Program-made: the position numbers and the translations under genes
Notes under the pieces: model-generated
Told to the model about the DNA's origin: nothing
Seen by the model: the letters and a program-made list of their open reading frames with translations, nothing else
The model's database searches: none
Part shown: one piece after another, positions 52,077 to 61,928 of the stretch
Layout: each line of letters begins with the position of its first letter
Position numbering within the stretch: the first letter of the stretch is position 1
From: Ignavibacteriota bacterium
GTDB taxonomy: Bacteria > Bacteroidota > Ignavibacteria > UBA10030
Direction of reading: 5' to 3'
Assembly: GCA_963701295.1 (NCBI GenBank)
Contig: OY969585.1
Location: 352,001-416,000 of the forward strand
DNA: 64,000 nucleotides

Positions 52077-53129
52077 GTGAGGCAGTTCAATTTGACAAAA
52101 CCGGAACGACAAGAGCAGGAAACTGACCTTGACCAAACGTTGCGTCCATTGGCGTTAACTGAATTTGTAGGTCAAGAAAAAATTGTCGGGAACCTCAAAG
52201 TATTCATCTTGGCAGCACGCCAGCGATGTGAACCGCTCGATCATGTCCTTCTGACCGGACCTCCGGGACTGGGAAAAACAACGCTTGCACACATTGTTGC
52301 AAATGAAATGGGCACAGGCATAAAAATGACATCCGGGCCTGCGCTGGAAAAACCAGGCGATCTTGCAGGCATATTGACTTCATTAGAAAAATCTGAAGTA
52401 CTCTTCATCGATGAAATCCATCGTGTACCAGCAAGGATTGAGGAATACTTGTATTCGGCGATGGAGGATTTTCGTGTAGATATCATTATCGATAGCGGGC
52501 CCGGTGCAAAGACTATCCAGCTTGGTCTTCAGCCGTTCACCCTGATCGGAGCCACAACACGGGCAGGGTTGTTGAGTTCGCCATTGCGCTCACGTTTCGG
52601 CATCTCAAATCGTTTGGATTATTATTCCCATAGTCAGTTAGAGCGTATCATCCGGCGCTCAGCAGAAATTCTATCCATTACATCAGAGCCGGATGCAATA
52701 ATGGAAATTGCCAAACGTTCGCGTGGAACTCCGCGCATCGCTAATCGTCTGCTGAAACGATGCCGCGATTTTGCCGAGGCTGATAAACGATTATCACAAT
52801 ACGATGGTGTCATCACGAAAGAAGTTGCTGATTTTTCGCTCAAAGCGTTGGAAGTAGATGAACATGGATTTGATGAGATGGACAAACGCATTCTGCATAC
52901 GATCATCGATAAATATGGTGGCGGTCCTGTGGGAGTCAGCACACTCGCCGTTGCAGTTGGAGAAGAACCGGGAACGCTGGAAGAAGTCTATGAACCGTAC
53001 CTCATTCAAGAAGGTTTTTTGAAACGGACTCCACGTGGAAGAGAAGCAACAGAGCTTGCCTATACCCACTTTGGAGGATCATTCAAACAACGATCCCCGA
53101 ACAAAACACAACTTGAGTTGGGTAACTGA
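52077..53129 (+). CDS. ruvB: Holliday junction helicase RuvB
   Basis: [45 protein letters not shown]; probable GTG start at 52077. Confidence 0.98.
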   Translation: MRQFNLTKPERQEQETDLDQTLRPLALTEFVGQEKIVGNLKVFILAARQRCEPLDHVLLTGPPGLGKTTLAHIVANEMGTGIKMTSGPALEKPGDLAGILTSLEKSEVLFIDEIHRVPARIEEYLYSAMEDFRVDIIIDSGPGAKTIQLGLQPFTLIGATTRAGLLSSPLRSRFGISNRLDYYSHSQLERIIRRSAEILSITSEPDAIMEIAKRSRGTPRIANRLLKRCRDFAEADKRLSQYDGVITKEVADFSLKALEVDEHGFDEMDKRILHTIIDKYGGGPVGVSTLAVAVGEEPGTLEEVYEPYLIQEGFLKRTPRGREATELAYTHFGGSFKQRSPNKTQLELGN

Positions 53130-53138
53130 CACGGGAAC

Positions 53139-55046
53139 ATGAAGAAGAATACTTTGCAAAAACACAATTGGAAGGTTATCTTGCTGCTGGTCGTCGTCTG
53201 TTGTGTGATCAGCATTGCGAGTTGGGAGTTCCTCTTCTCCCAGAACGACTCCTCAGATGGAATTGTCTTTCGTGCAGTAGCGTTTGCGGATGCAAAAACG
53301 GTTATCGCCGTCGGGGATAGCGGAACCGTTGCACGTTCAACGGATCAAGGCGGTACGTGGTCTGTATGGCAAAATATGAACCGCCTCACAATACCCTTGA
53401 ACGGAATCTGTTTTACAGATCCAACACATGGATTTGCGGTTGGCGCAAATGGCACTCTCCTTATAACGACAAATGGCGGAACAACTTGGATCAATAAACT
53501 TGTGAGCGCAAGTGTAAATTTCCGATCTATCTTTTTCAGTGACGCAAAAACGGGTACTATCGTTGGCAATAATGGTTCCATTTTTCGAACTCTCGACGGC
53601 GGAAGTACATGGCTCACACAAATAAGCAACATTCATTTGAACCTCAACGACGTCTCCTTTGTAGACAACGAAACAGGTATCATCGTCGGCGATCGAGGAA
53701 CTATCCTCCGCACAACAGACGGTGGAGAGAATTGGACGAATCTTTCATCTTCATTTATCACGTATAATTTTTATTCAGTTTCTTTTTCCGAATTGAAAAA
53801 TGGTATCATCGTAGGAGAGAATGGAACTATCCTCTATACAATCAATGGTGGTGAAAATTGGACATTAGAGCCCAGCGGCACCACAGAAACACTTTTCTGC
53901 AATGCCTTCCCTTCTGCAAATTTTTCCGCAGCAGTTGGCAACGCTGCTACGATTCTCGTTTCCCATACAAAGGGAACGAATTGGCTGCGGCAAAAAAGTA
54001 GTACACGTAAAGCACTTCTTTCGGCAGCGTTCATTGATGCAAAAATCGGGGTTGCAGTCGGGGCAAAGCAAACCATCATTCGGACAACAGACGGCGCAAC
54101 TTCCTGGAATGTTTCTACACTTATTCTCGAAAAGCCTATCGAGCTTTCAATCGCTGAGTTACTTCCTCGGGACAGGTATTCCAAAAACAATATTGCAGTC
54201 GCTGTCGGCGCAAACGGTGCTCTCTTTCAATCTAAAGATTTTGGTGCAAGTTGGATCAAGGTGACTAGTAAGAGCGAGAATACTCTGATGACGGTCACAT
54301 CAATAGATCAGACGAGTATGATGGCTGTAGGAAACGGTGGTGTCGTTCTCCGTTCGGACGATGCAGGAACAACATGGACTCCACAAATAAGCACAACGTT
54401 TCGCCCACTTTTCCGCGCTTGCTTTACCCAGAGCGATTCTGGCATTATTGTGGGTGATTACGGAATTATGCTAAGAACATCGAACGGCGGAACAACATGG
54501 TCGAAAATTTCTTCGGGAACGATCAACCATCTGCGCGATATAGTATTTTCTGATAACCAAACCGGAATTGCAGTCGGAGCAATGGGAACCATCTTGAGTA
54601 CAACAGACAGAGGAACGACTTGGATATCACAGGTAAGTGGAACGTCCAGTTGGCTTTCCGCTGTCTCGCCGCTCGATAAAGCATCCTTCATCGCTGTCGG
54701 TGCCGATGGCACCATCCTTCGGACAACCAATAAGGGTGCAACGTGGACAGCACAACCAAGCGGAACAACGAAGGAATTGTTAAATGTGTCCTTCTCCGAT
54801 ACAGCAAACGGATTTGTCGTGGGAGTAGAAGGGACAATTCTACGCACACAAAATGGAGGCACCAAGTGGATTTCTCTTGAAAGCGACTCCACAAATGATT
54901 TGCGGGCGGTTCAATTCTTTGATAAACAGCAAGGCATCATCGTCGGAATGAACGGTACAATCCTGAAAACAACAGACAGCGGAACTACTTGGATAAAAGT
55001 AGAGACAGACTTTCCATTATCTCTCTTTGGTTTAGCAATTAATTGA
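53139..55046 (+). CDS. Secreted YCF48/BNR Asp-box repeat beta-propeller protein
   Basis: Signal peptide; about 14 repeats of AVG..GTIL.T.DGG.TW in two blocks. Confidence 0.9.
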   Translation: MKKNTLQKHNWKVILLLVVVCCVISIASWEFLFSQNDSSDGIVFRAVAFADAKTVIAVGDSGTVARSTDQGGTWSVWQNMNRLTIPLNGICFTDPTHGFAVGANGTLLITTNGGTTWINKLVSASVNFRSIFFSDAKTGTIVGNNGSIFRTLDGGSTWLTQISNIHLNLNDVSFVDNETGIIVGDRGTILRTTDGGENWTNLSSSFITYNFYSVSFSELKNGIIVGENGTILYTINGGENWTLEPSGTTETLFCNAFPSANFSAAVGNAATILVSHTKGTNWLRQKSSTRKALLSAAFIDAKIGVAVGAKQTIIRTTDGATSWNVSTLILEKPIELSIAELLPRDRYSKNNIAVAVGANGALFQSKDFGASWIKVTSKSENTLMTVTSIDQTSMMAVGNGGVVLRSDDAGTTWTPQISTTFRPLFRACFTQSDSGIIVGDYGIMLRTSNGGTTWSKISSGTINHLRDIVFSDNQTGIAVGAMGTILSTTDRGTTWISQVSGTSSWLSAVSPLDKASFIAVGADGTILRTTNKGATWTAQPSGTTKELLNVSFSDTANGFVVGVEGTILRTQNGGTKWISLESDSTNDLRAVQFFDKQQGIIVGMNGTILKTTDSGTTWIKVETDFPLSLFGLAIN

Positions 55047-55684
55047 AGCCGCTCTCTCGTTCCTTTTATCTCCAGCCCACACTTCAGGTCGCGCAAGAAC
55101 TTCTCGGCAAGTATTTCATTCGTCGGATTGGCAAAAATCTGCTGATCGGCAAAATAGTAGAAGTTGAAGCGTATCGCAGCAACGATCCGGCGTCTCACTC
55201 TTTTCGCGGAAAAACGAACCGAAACAGCGTGATGTTTTACGAAGGCGGACATCTTTATGTCTATTTCACCTACGGTATGCACTTCTGCGCAAATATTGTC
55301 ACCGGTAAAGAAGGCATTGGTGAAGCAGTGCTCATTCGTGCTGTCGAACCTTTGGTTGGAATTGAAGTCATGACAAAGAACCGAAAGAAGTATTTGAGTA
55401 GTGGAGTAGTTGAGCCGTTGAGCGGAAAGAATAAAAAGATAGGAGGGGATTCTCTTCCCAACATTCTCATTAATCTTACTAACGGTCCGGCAAAATTCTG
55501 CCAGGCATTTGGTATTGCACGTCAAGAAAATGGTCTGGACTTACTCGATAACGAAATCAGTATCACCGATGGCGAACCTGTATCTTCAAAACTTATCAAA
55601 CGTTCATCACGAATCGGAATTCAACAAGGAGTAGAAAAGAAGTGGAGATTTTTTGTTGCGGAAAATTCGTGGGTATCAAAATAA
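55043..55684 (+). CDS. mpg: DNA-3-methyladenine glycosylase (MPG/AAG family)
   Basis: IVEVEAY...DPASH, YVYFTYGMH.C.N, AVLIRAVEP, NGPAK.CQA.GI, RIGI. Confidence 0.95.
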   Translation: MKPLSRSFYLQPTLQVAQELLGKYFIRRIGKNLLIGKIVEVEAYRSNDPASHSFRGKTNRNSVMFYEGGHLYVYFTYGMHFCANIVTGKEGIGEAVLIRAVEPLVGIEVMTKNRKKYLSSGVVEPLSGKNKKIGGDSLPNILINLTNGPAKFCQAFGIARQENGLDLLDNEISITDGEPVSSKLIKRSSRIGIQQGVEKKWRFFVAENSWVSK

Positions 55685-55699
55685 GAATTGAGGACATGA

Positions 55700-58624
55700 C
55701 TAATTCAAACTGAGTGTTTCTTTTAGATACTGTCCCGTGTACGATCGTTGATTCTTTGCTATTTGCTCCGGTGTTCCTTCGGCAACAATCTCTCCGCCTT
55801 CATCTCCGCCTTCAGGGCCTAAATCTATTACCCAATCTGCCGTTTTGATGACGTCGAGATTATGTTCGATCACGATAACGGTATTTCCTTTATCAACCAG
55901 TCTATTGAGAACGAGCAGCAGCATCCGGATATCTTCAAAATGTAACCCTGTCGTTGGCTCATCCAGAATATACAGAGTCTTTCCGGTACCGATTTTCGAA
56001 AGTTCAGTCGAGAGTTTTACACGCTGTGCTTCACCGCCGGATAATGTTGTCGCTTGCTGGCCGAGCCGGATGTACCCCAATCCGACATCATGGAGCGTTT
56101 GCAGGTGTCTCTGGATGCGCGGCAGTTCACTGAACAATATCATCGCTTCATCTACGGTCATATTCAGCACATCGGCAATCGATTTTCCCTTGTAATGCAC
56201 TTCAAGCGTTTCTCGATTATATCGTTTGCCCATACAAACATCGCAGAGAACATAGACGTCTGGCAAAAAATTCATTTCTATTTTCCGGACCCCATCGCCT
56301 TCACAATTTTCGCATCTGCCGCCTTTTACATTGAAACTAAAACGTCCCGCTTTATAACCGCGTATTTGCGCTTCCGGTAACTTCGTAAATAAATCCCTTA
56401 TCAGCGTGAACAACCCGGTATAAGTTGCCGGATTTGAACGCGGCGTTCTGCCAACGGCTGATTGATCGATATCGATAATCTTGTCAATGTGCTGTATTCC
56501 ATCCACGGATTTGTATGGAAGAGGAACAAGCTTAGACTTATAAAACTTTCTGGAAAGAATCGGAAAAAGAGTCTCATTGATGATCGTGGATTTGCCGGAC
56601 CCGCTGACACCGGTGACACAAACGAGTGTACCGAGTCGAATCTGCAGCGACATATCTTTCAGGTTATTGCCCGTTGCTCCTTTCACTATGAGCGATTTGC
56701 CATTGCCTTGGCGTCGTGCAGGTGGAATTTCGATTTTATGTTCACCCCTGAGATAAGCGGTGGTGAGTGATTGATGATTTGAGATTTTTGATGTCAAATT
56801 TGAGTTATTTTTTCCATTTTGTCTTTTAAATTCTGTATTCTGACTTCTGCCTTCTGACTTCTGTCTTCTCAATTGTTCCGGCGTTCCTGTCACCACGACT
56901 TGTCCGCCATGTTCCCCGGCACGCGGGCCAAGGTCAACGACATAGTCCGCGCTTTCAATCATCTCTTTGTCATGTTCGACAACGATGACGGTATTTCCTA
57001 GATCGCGAAGCGACTTGAGTGATTCGATCAACTTGATATTGTCACGCTGGTGCAAGCCGATGCTTGGTTCATCAAGAATATAAAGTACACCGACAAGCTG
57101 TGCTCCAATCTGCGTTGCTAATCGGATACGCTGTCCTTCACCTCCGGAAAGAGTGCGGGCAGGACGATTCAACGTGAGATAGTTTAATCCAACATTCAAC
57201 AAGAAATCGAGACGCTGCCGGATTTCTTTTACTATCTGATGGGCTATATCCGTTTGACGAGGTGTCAATGAGACATCCTCGAACAATTGTTTCGCTTGTG
57301 TGATAGACATCTGTACGACATCGTGAATATTCGTTTTCTTGCCGGTCTTTGTATCTTCTAAACGAATGGCAAGACTTTCTTTCCGTAATCGTCCGCCTTG
57401 GCATGCATTACATGGACTCGTCGTCATAAACGATTCTACCCAATCATGCACTTGATGTGAAGAGCTGTCTTCATACCACCTTTCCAGCATTTTAAGAAGC
57501 CCTTCGAAACGATGCTTATAGATTTGCACTCGCCCGGTGCTGTGCTCGTATTCGATTTCTAATTTCTCACCATGCGATCCATGAAACAAAACGTCACGCG
57601 CTTCTTGAGAAATCTTTTTCATAGGTGTATCGAAGTCAAATCCATATTTTTTAGCGACAGCCTGAATCTGATTGAACATCCATGTCGAACGCGGTTTCCC
57701 CATCGGGGCAAGTCCTTCTTGATTGATGGAAAGGTTTTCATCCGGAAGAATCAATTTCATATCGAATGATCGCAATTCACCGAGGCCTTCGCACTTTGGA
57801 CAATAGCCAGCCGGTGTATTGAATGAGAATGAGCTTGGCGCCGGCTCCTCGTAGCTGATGCCGCACTCATGACATGAAGATTTCTGACTGAAGAGTTGAT
57901 CTTTCTCGCCGTCATTAACGATGAGAACACCCGTTCCAAATCGAAGCGCAAGCTCAACCGAGTCTGCTACACGCGGTCGCATTTCCTTCTTCAAAACAAT
58001 TCTATCGATAACGATTTCAATCGTATGGACCTTGTAGCGGTCAACCTTCCACCCTTTTTCAATTTGCTTCACTTGCCCGTCAATACGAACGCGGAGAAAT
58101 CCGTCTTTCAGAATGCTTTCAAATAATTCCCGATAATGCCCTTTGCGTCCTTTCACCACCGGAGCAAGGATTTGGAGTTTCGTACCGGTCGGATACTCCA
58201 GGATTGCCTCGATGATTTGATCGACTGATTGCCTTTGGACTTTACGTCCGCAAGAATAACAAAACTGTGTGCCGATCCGTGCAAAGAGCAAGCGGAGATA
58301 GTCATATACTTCTGTTACCGTACCAACTGTGGAACGCGGATTGGTGCTGATGGTTTTCTGTTCAATAGAAATTGATGGACTGAGCCCTTCGATGAGATCA
58401 ACATCTGGACGTTCCATGACATCAAGAAATTGACGCGCGTATGCAGAAAGACTTTCAACATAACGGCGTTGTCCTTCGGCATAGATTGTATCAAAAGCCA
58501 AACTCGACTTGCCAGATCCGGAAAGTCCGGTAATGACGGTCAGCGAATCACGCGGGATATCAACGTCGATATTCTTGAGATTGTGAACACGAGCACCGCG
58601 AACTATAATCTTATCTTCAGCCAA
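55700..58624 (-). CDS. uvrA: Excinuclease ABC subunit A
   Basis: [18 protein letters not shown], two LSGGE signatures, zinc fingers, GVSGSGKST. Confidence 0.99.
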   Translation of the reverse strand: MAEDKIIVRGARVHNLKNIDVDIPRDSLTVITGLSGSGKSSLAFDTIYAEGQRRYVESLSAYARQFLDVMERPDVDLIEGLSPSISIEQKTISTNPRSTVGTVTEVYDYLRLLFARIGTQFCYSCGRKVQRQSVDQIIEAILEYPTGTKLQILAPVVKGRKGHYRELFESILKDGFLRVRIDGQVKQIEKGWKVDRYKVHTIEIVIDRIVLKKEMRPRVADSVELALRFGTGVLIVNDGEKDQLFSQKSSCHECGISYEEPAPSSFSFNTPAGYCPKCEGLGELRSFDMKLILPDENLSINQEGLAPMGKPRSTWMFNQIQAVAKKYGFDFDTPMKKISQEARDVLFHGSHGEKLEIEYEHSTGRVQIYKHRFEGLLKMLERWYEDSSSHQVHDWVESFMTTSPCNACQGGRLRKESLAIRLEDTKTGKKTNIHDVVQMSITQAKQLFEDVSLTPRQTDIAHQIVKEIRQRLDFLLNVGLNYLTLNRPARTLSGGEGQRIRLATQIGAQLVGVLYILDEPSIGLHQRDNIKLIESLKSLRDLGNTVIVVEHDKEMIESADYVVDLGPRAGEHGGQVVVTGTPEQLRRQKSEGRSQNTEFKRQNGKNNSNLTSKISNHQSLTTAYLRGEHKIEIPPARRQGNGKSLIVKGATGNNLKDMSLQIRLGTLVCVTGVSGSGKSTIINETLFPILSRKFYKSKLVPLPYKSVDGIQHIDKIIDIDQSAVGRTPRSNPATYTGLFTLIRDLFTKLPEAQIRGYKAGRFSFNVKGGRCENCEGDGVRKIEMNFLPDVYVLCDVCMGKRYNRETLEVHYKGKSIADVLNMTVDEAMILFSELPRIQRHLQTLHDVGLGYIRLGQQATTLSGGEAQRVKLSTELSKIGTGKTLYILDEPTTGLHFEDIRMLLLVLNRLVDKGNTVIVIEHNLDVIKTADWVIDLGPEGGDEGGEIVAEGTPEQIAKNQRSYTGQYLKETLSLN
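56764..56870. repeat. Two arrays of degenerate heptamer tandem repeats inside uvrA
   Basis: NNTTCTG x5 plus TCTTCTC at 56829-56870; TGAGTGA TTGATGA TTTGAGA TTTTTGA at 56764-56791. Confidence 0.75.
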
Positions 58625-58690
58625 CTTGAGTTCTTCACCAGGAGGTATAAATTCGATGTTTACGTTTGGAGTCTGCTATTCCATAACACT

Positions 58691-58787
58691 TTATCTTCTC
58701 AACTACTCAAAATACTCTGCACCAAAGGCGCACAAGCCCGCTATGCAGTTTGGCGGGTCCGGCTCTAGCGGAAAAGACTCATCTACT
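58691..58787. repeat. Intergenic REP-like element, copy 1
   Basis: Shares CCCGCTATGCAGTTTGGCG (58737-58755) and its flanks with 59720-59848; contains short palindromes. Confidence 0.8.
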
Positions 58788-58790
58788 CAC

Positions 58791-59687
58791 TCAGTTCATC
58801 CGCTTCCGTTTATTCAAATACTCAAATAATGCCTTGTCGAATGGTGTGCTGGTATCCAACAATATATAGTCAATATTGTTGTCTCTGCATTGCCGCTTAT
58901 AAAAATCGAGAAACTCCTGCATGGATTGCTGATATGCTTTTTGAATATGCCATGGCTGTGTCATCAACTCTTCTTGTGTTTCTAAATCTTTAAAGATCGC
59001 ATCATTGCCAAACGCAAAGGATCGCTCCAATGGATCCAGCACCTGCATAACAACAACTTCATTTCCTTTATGGCGAAAATGTTTCAGAGCCGTGATCACC
59101 GATTCCGGTTTGTCAAAACAATCGCTTAAAACAATGACTAGGCCGCGTCGCTTCATTTGCTCAGCAATTAGATGAAGGGCCACTGCAGTTCCGGTTTTGT
59201 TTGCCGGTCGGGCAGATTCCAATTCTTTCAGTAACTCTTTTAAGTACGAACGAGTCGCTCGAGGCGGGAGTGAAACGCGCACTTCTTCATCGAACAATGT
59301 CAATCCGACAGCATCGCGTTGCTCAATCATTAAGTACGATAACGCGGCTGCTATATAGGAAACATATTCGAATTTCTTAATATTTCCTTTTGATGCATAA
59401 TCCATCGACCGGCTTGCATCAACGATGAGATACGATTTGAGATTCGTCTCTTCCTCAAATTGTTTGATGTAGAAGCGATCCGTTTTCCCATACGCCTTCC
59501 AATCAATGTGCTTGATTTCATCTCCTGGCATATATTGGCGATGCTCGGTAAACTCCACACTAAAACCGTGGTAAGGACTTTTATGGAGGCCCGTGATGAA
59601 TCCCTCCACGACCAAACGAGCGCGTAACTCCATATTCGCAAGCTGTGCTACAACAGCAGGTTGAAGATATTTAAGAGATTCATTCAA
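58791..59687 (-). CDS. DUF58 protein (MoxR-associated, vWA-like)
   Basis: G.HKSP..G.SVEF.EHR.Y.PGD..K.IDWK, IKQFEEE, DASRSM. Confidence 0.93.
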   Translation of the reverse strand: MNESLKYLQPAVVAQLANMELRARLVVEGFITGLHKSPYHGFSVEFTEHRQYMPGDEIKHIDWKAYGKTDRFYIKQFEEETNLKSYLIVDASRSMDYASKGNIKKFEYVSYIAAALSYLMIEQRDAVGLTLFDEEVRVSLPPRATRSYLKELLKELESARPANKTGTAVALHLIAEQMKRRGLVIVLSDCFDKPESVITALKHFRHKGNEVVVMQVLDPLERSFAFGNDAIFKDLETQEELMTQPWHIQKAYQQSMQEFLDFYKRQCRDNNIDYILLDTSTPFDKALFEYLNKRKRMN

Positions 59688-59719
59688 TACAGTTTTCAGC
59701 AGGCATACGCTTCGATAAC

Positions 59720-59848
59720 TTAACTTCTCAATTACTAACTACTCTACGCCAAAGGTTGCTTACACTCCAAAGCTTCAGCAACGGAGCGCATGCCAACCCG
59801 CTATGCAGTTTGGCGAATCCGCCTTTGGCGGAAAAAGACTCTTCTACT
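59720..59848. repeat. Intergenic REP-like element, copy 2
   Basis: CCCGCTATGCAGTTTGGCG (59797-59815), TCCGCCTTTGGCGGA palindrome, about 30-nt extra internal segment relative to copy 1. Confidence 0.8.
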
Positions 59849-60362
59849 TCTTCTTTCCTTTCTTCATAGGCTTCGTCTCTTCTTGTGCTAACTGTGTCTG
59901 TGCTTTTAAAATTTCAGTCGGATCTTTTCCAAGATTATTCAGCTCAAATTGTGCCGACACGACAAGTTGGTTTGTCGGATACCGATTTATAAAATCTTCG
60001 TACGCGATACGCGCGGAGTCGATATTCTTCAAATCATTATTGTAAATGAAGCCTATGAGAAACGATGCGCTGGGCGAAGTGGCATGGTTTGGATACTTCT
60101 CAACAAGCTGCCGAAATGTTTGAATTGCCTGGTGATATGATTGCTTATGATTCTGATAAATTGTTGCTATGGCATAATATGCCTCCGGTGCGCGGGTACT
60201 GTCCGGGTATGCTATAACCAGTTCTCGATACAAATCGATGGCAGCATCGTACTGTTCGGCTTTCTGTGCATCTACTCCCTTATTGAACATCTCCTCAGCG
60301 CTGGGCTTCGAGCAACCGGTGAGAGCGAACATCAGGAACAAAGTGGACAAAATGAATTTCAT
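59844..60362 (-). CDS. TPR lipoprotein (BamD/CpoB-like repeats)
   Basis: Lipobox LTGC; three TPR units ending in YP. Confidence 0.85.
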   Translation of the reverse strand: MKFILSTLFLMFALTGCSKPSAEEMFNKGVDAQKAEQYDAAIDLYRELVIAYPDSTRAPEAYYAIATIYQNHKQSYHQAIQTFRQLVEKYPNHATSPSASFLIGFIYNNDLKNIDSARIAYEDFINRYPTNQLVVSAQFELNNLGKDPTEILKAQTQLAQEETKPMKKGKKK

Positions 60363-60468
60363 AGCACGATCCTTTCTTTTGTATTATTTAAATCTTCAGC
60401 CCTCATATCGAACAACTGAATACCGACGGCTGATACCTGCTTTATAGTATTAAAACATCTCTGGAGAA

Positions 60469-61807
60469 TCAACGAATCATCTGCTTCTTCATAACAGCAC
60501 AAAAAAATCCGTCAGTTTTTTGAATATGCGGAAAAAGCTTAAAGAATGAATCTGTTGAAGTTCCTCCCATACTCTGCACGAGTGGTACATCTGCATCGAG
60601 CTTTACGATAGTGAATTCAGGGTGCAGCTTTAAGAATTCTTCAATCACCTCTTCATTTTCTTGTCTCAGCAGTGTACACGTCGCGTATACCAATCTTCCT
60701 TCCGGTTTCACAAGCGGTACGGATGAATTCAGAATGGCTTTCTGTTTTTCCGACACTTCCCTGACAGTCTGTTCCGTCACTATCCATTTCATTCCCGGAT
60801 TGCGGCGAATTGTTCCCAATCCGGAGCACGGTGCATCCACAAACACAATGTCGAAGAAATCCTTATAGCGATCCACAAGGTCTTCTATTGTTTCAATTTC
60901 CTGCACACGGACATTCTGCACACCGGCACGTTTGGTGCGTTTGCGGAGTTCTTCAAGTCGGAATCCATTGATGTCCGTTGCAAATATTTCCCCGCGGTTT
61001 TTCATAAGTGCTGCAAGTTCCAGGGTTTTTCCCCCTGCCCCTGCACAAACATCCAGTGACTTTTACATTCGGTTTCGGATCAAGAATAATCGGCAAGAGC
61101 TGACTTCCCTCATCTTGCACTTCAAACCATCCATCTCGAAACACCGGAAGGGAAAATACATTTATCCGTTTTGTAATATTGAGGCCAACCAGCGACAGAG
61201 AAGTTCTCGTTGTTTCTACACCTTGTTTCCGCAATTCTTCCTGACATTGTTCAACACTTGCCTTCAACGTGTTCACACGCAGAGTCAACGGTGCTTGCTC
61301 ATTGAGACTTGAACAAATCTTTTCTGCTTCACTCTCTCCATATTGTTGAATAAATCTCTCCACTATCCAATCGGGAAATGAATACTCTATCCCAATTCTT
61401 TGAATGACGGATTCTACTGAAATTGTTGTCGGTTTCATCAGATTTGTTAAAAGGAGTGCAACATTTTCTCTTGCTTGCACGCTTGTAAGTCTTGGTAAAA
61501 GTACTTCAGGAGTTATTTCTAGAATTTTTCCCTCAAAAGATAAATAGGCAACGATAAGAAGGGCTATTTTATCGTCATTCAGAAGATTGTCGTTGACTCC
61601 TGCAAGCGCTGTGGTGAGATGATACTCGCACTTCCGCAAATGGCGTAATGTCCCATACGTTGTCTCCGCAATAAACCGCCGGTCATGCGAACCAAGATAT
61701 TTATGCGCTCTGAAGTAGGTATCAATCAGACTATCGGCAGACCGGTCCGACTTAAAAATAATGCCAAGCAGTTCTTGCGTATGTCCGAGCAGTGATGAGA
61801 TGTTCAT
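60469..61807 (-). pseudogene. RsmB/NOP2/Sun-family RNA m5C methyltransferase split by a 1-nt insertion
   Basis: 5' ORF has LRVN and VQDEGSQ; 3' frame has LDVCAGAGGKT, DAPCSG.G..RRNP, YATC, DGFF; removing one base at about 61057 joins them. Confidence 0.85.
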
Positions 61808-61813
61808 AGATTT

Positions 61814-61859
61814 AAAAAGAGAATCCTTCCTCGCCAGTCATTCGGCGTGGAAGGATTCT
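61814..61859 (-). terminator. Intrinsic terminator after clpB
   Basis: AGAATCCTTCC / GGAAGGATTCT stem with inner CGCC/GGCG, followed by a U tract on the minus strand. Confidence 0.8.
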
Positions 61860-61928
61860 AGAGTTCAACAAGATTGTTGATTGAATCACTAAGAAAAGAT
61901 AATAGATTTTATGCTCAAAATCCCAATC

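Noticed and set aside
53300-55000. Periodic nucleotide similarity that could suggest a CRISPR array
   Set aside because: The repeats are degenerate, codon-phased protein repeats; no exact repeat-spacer pattern and no cas genes.
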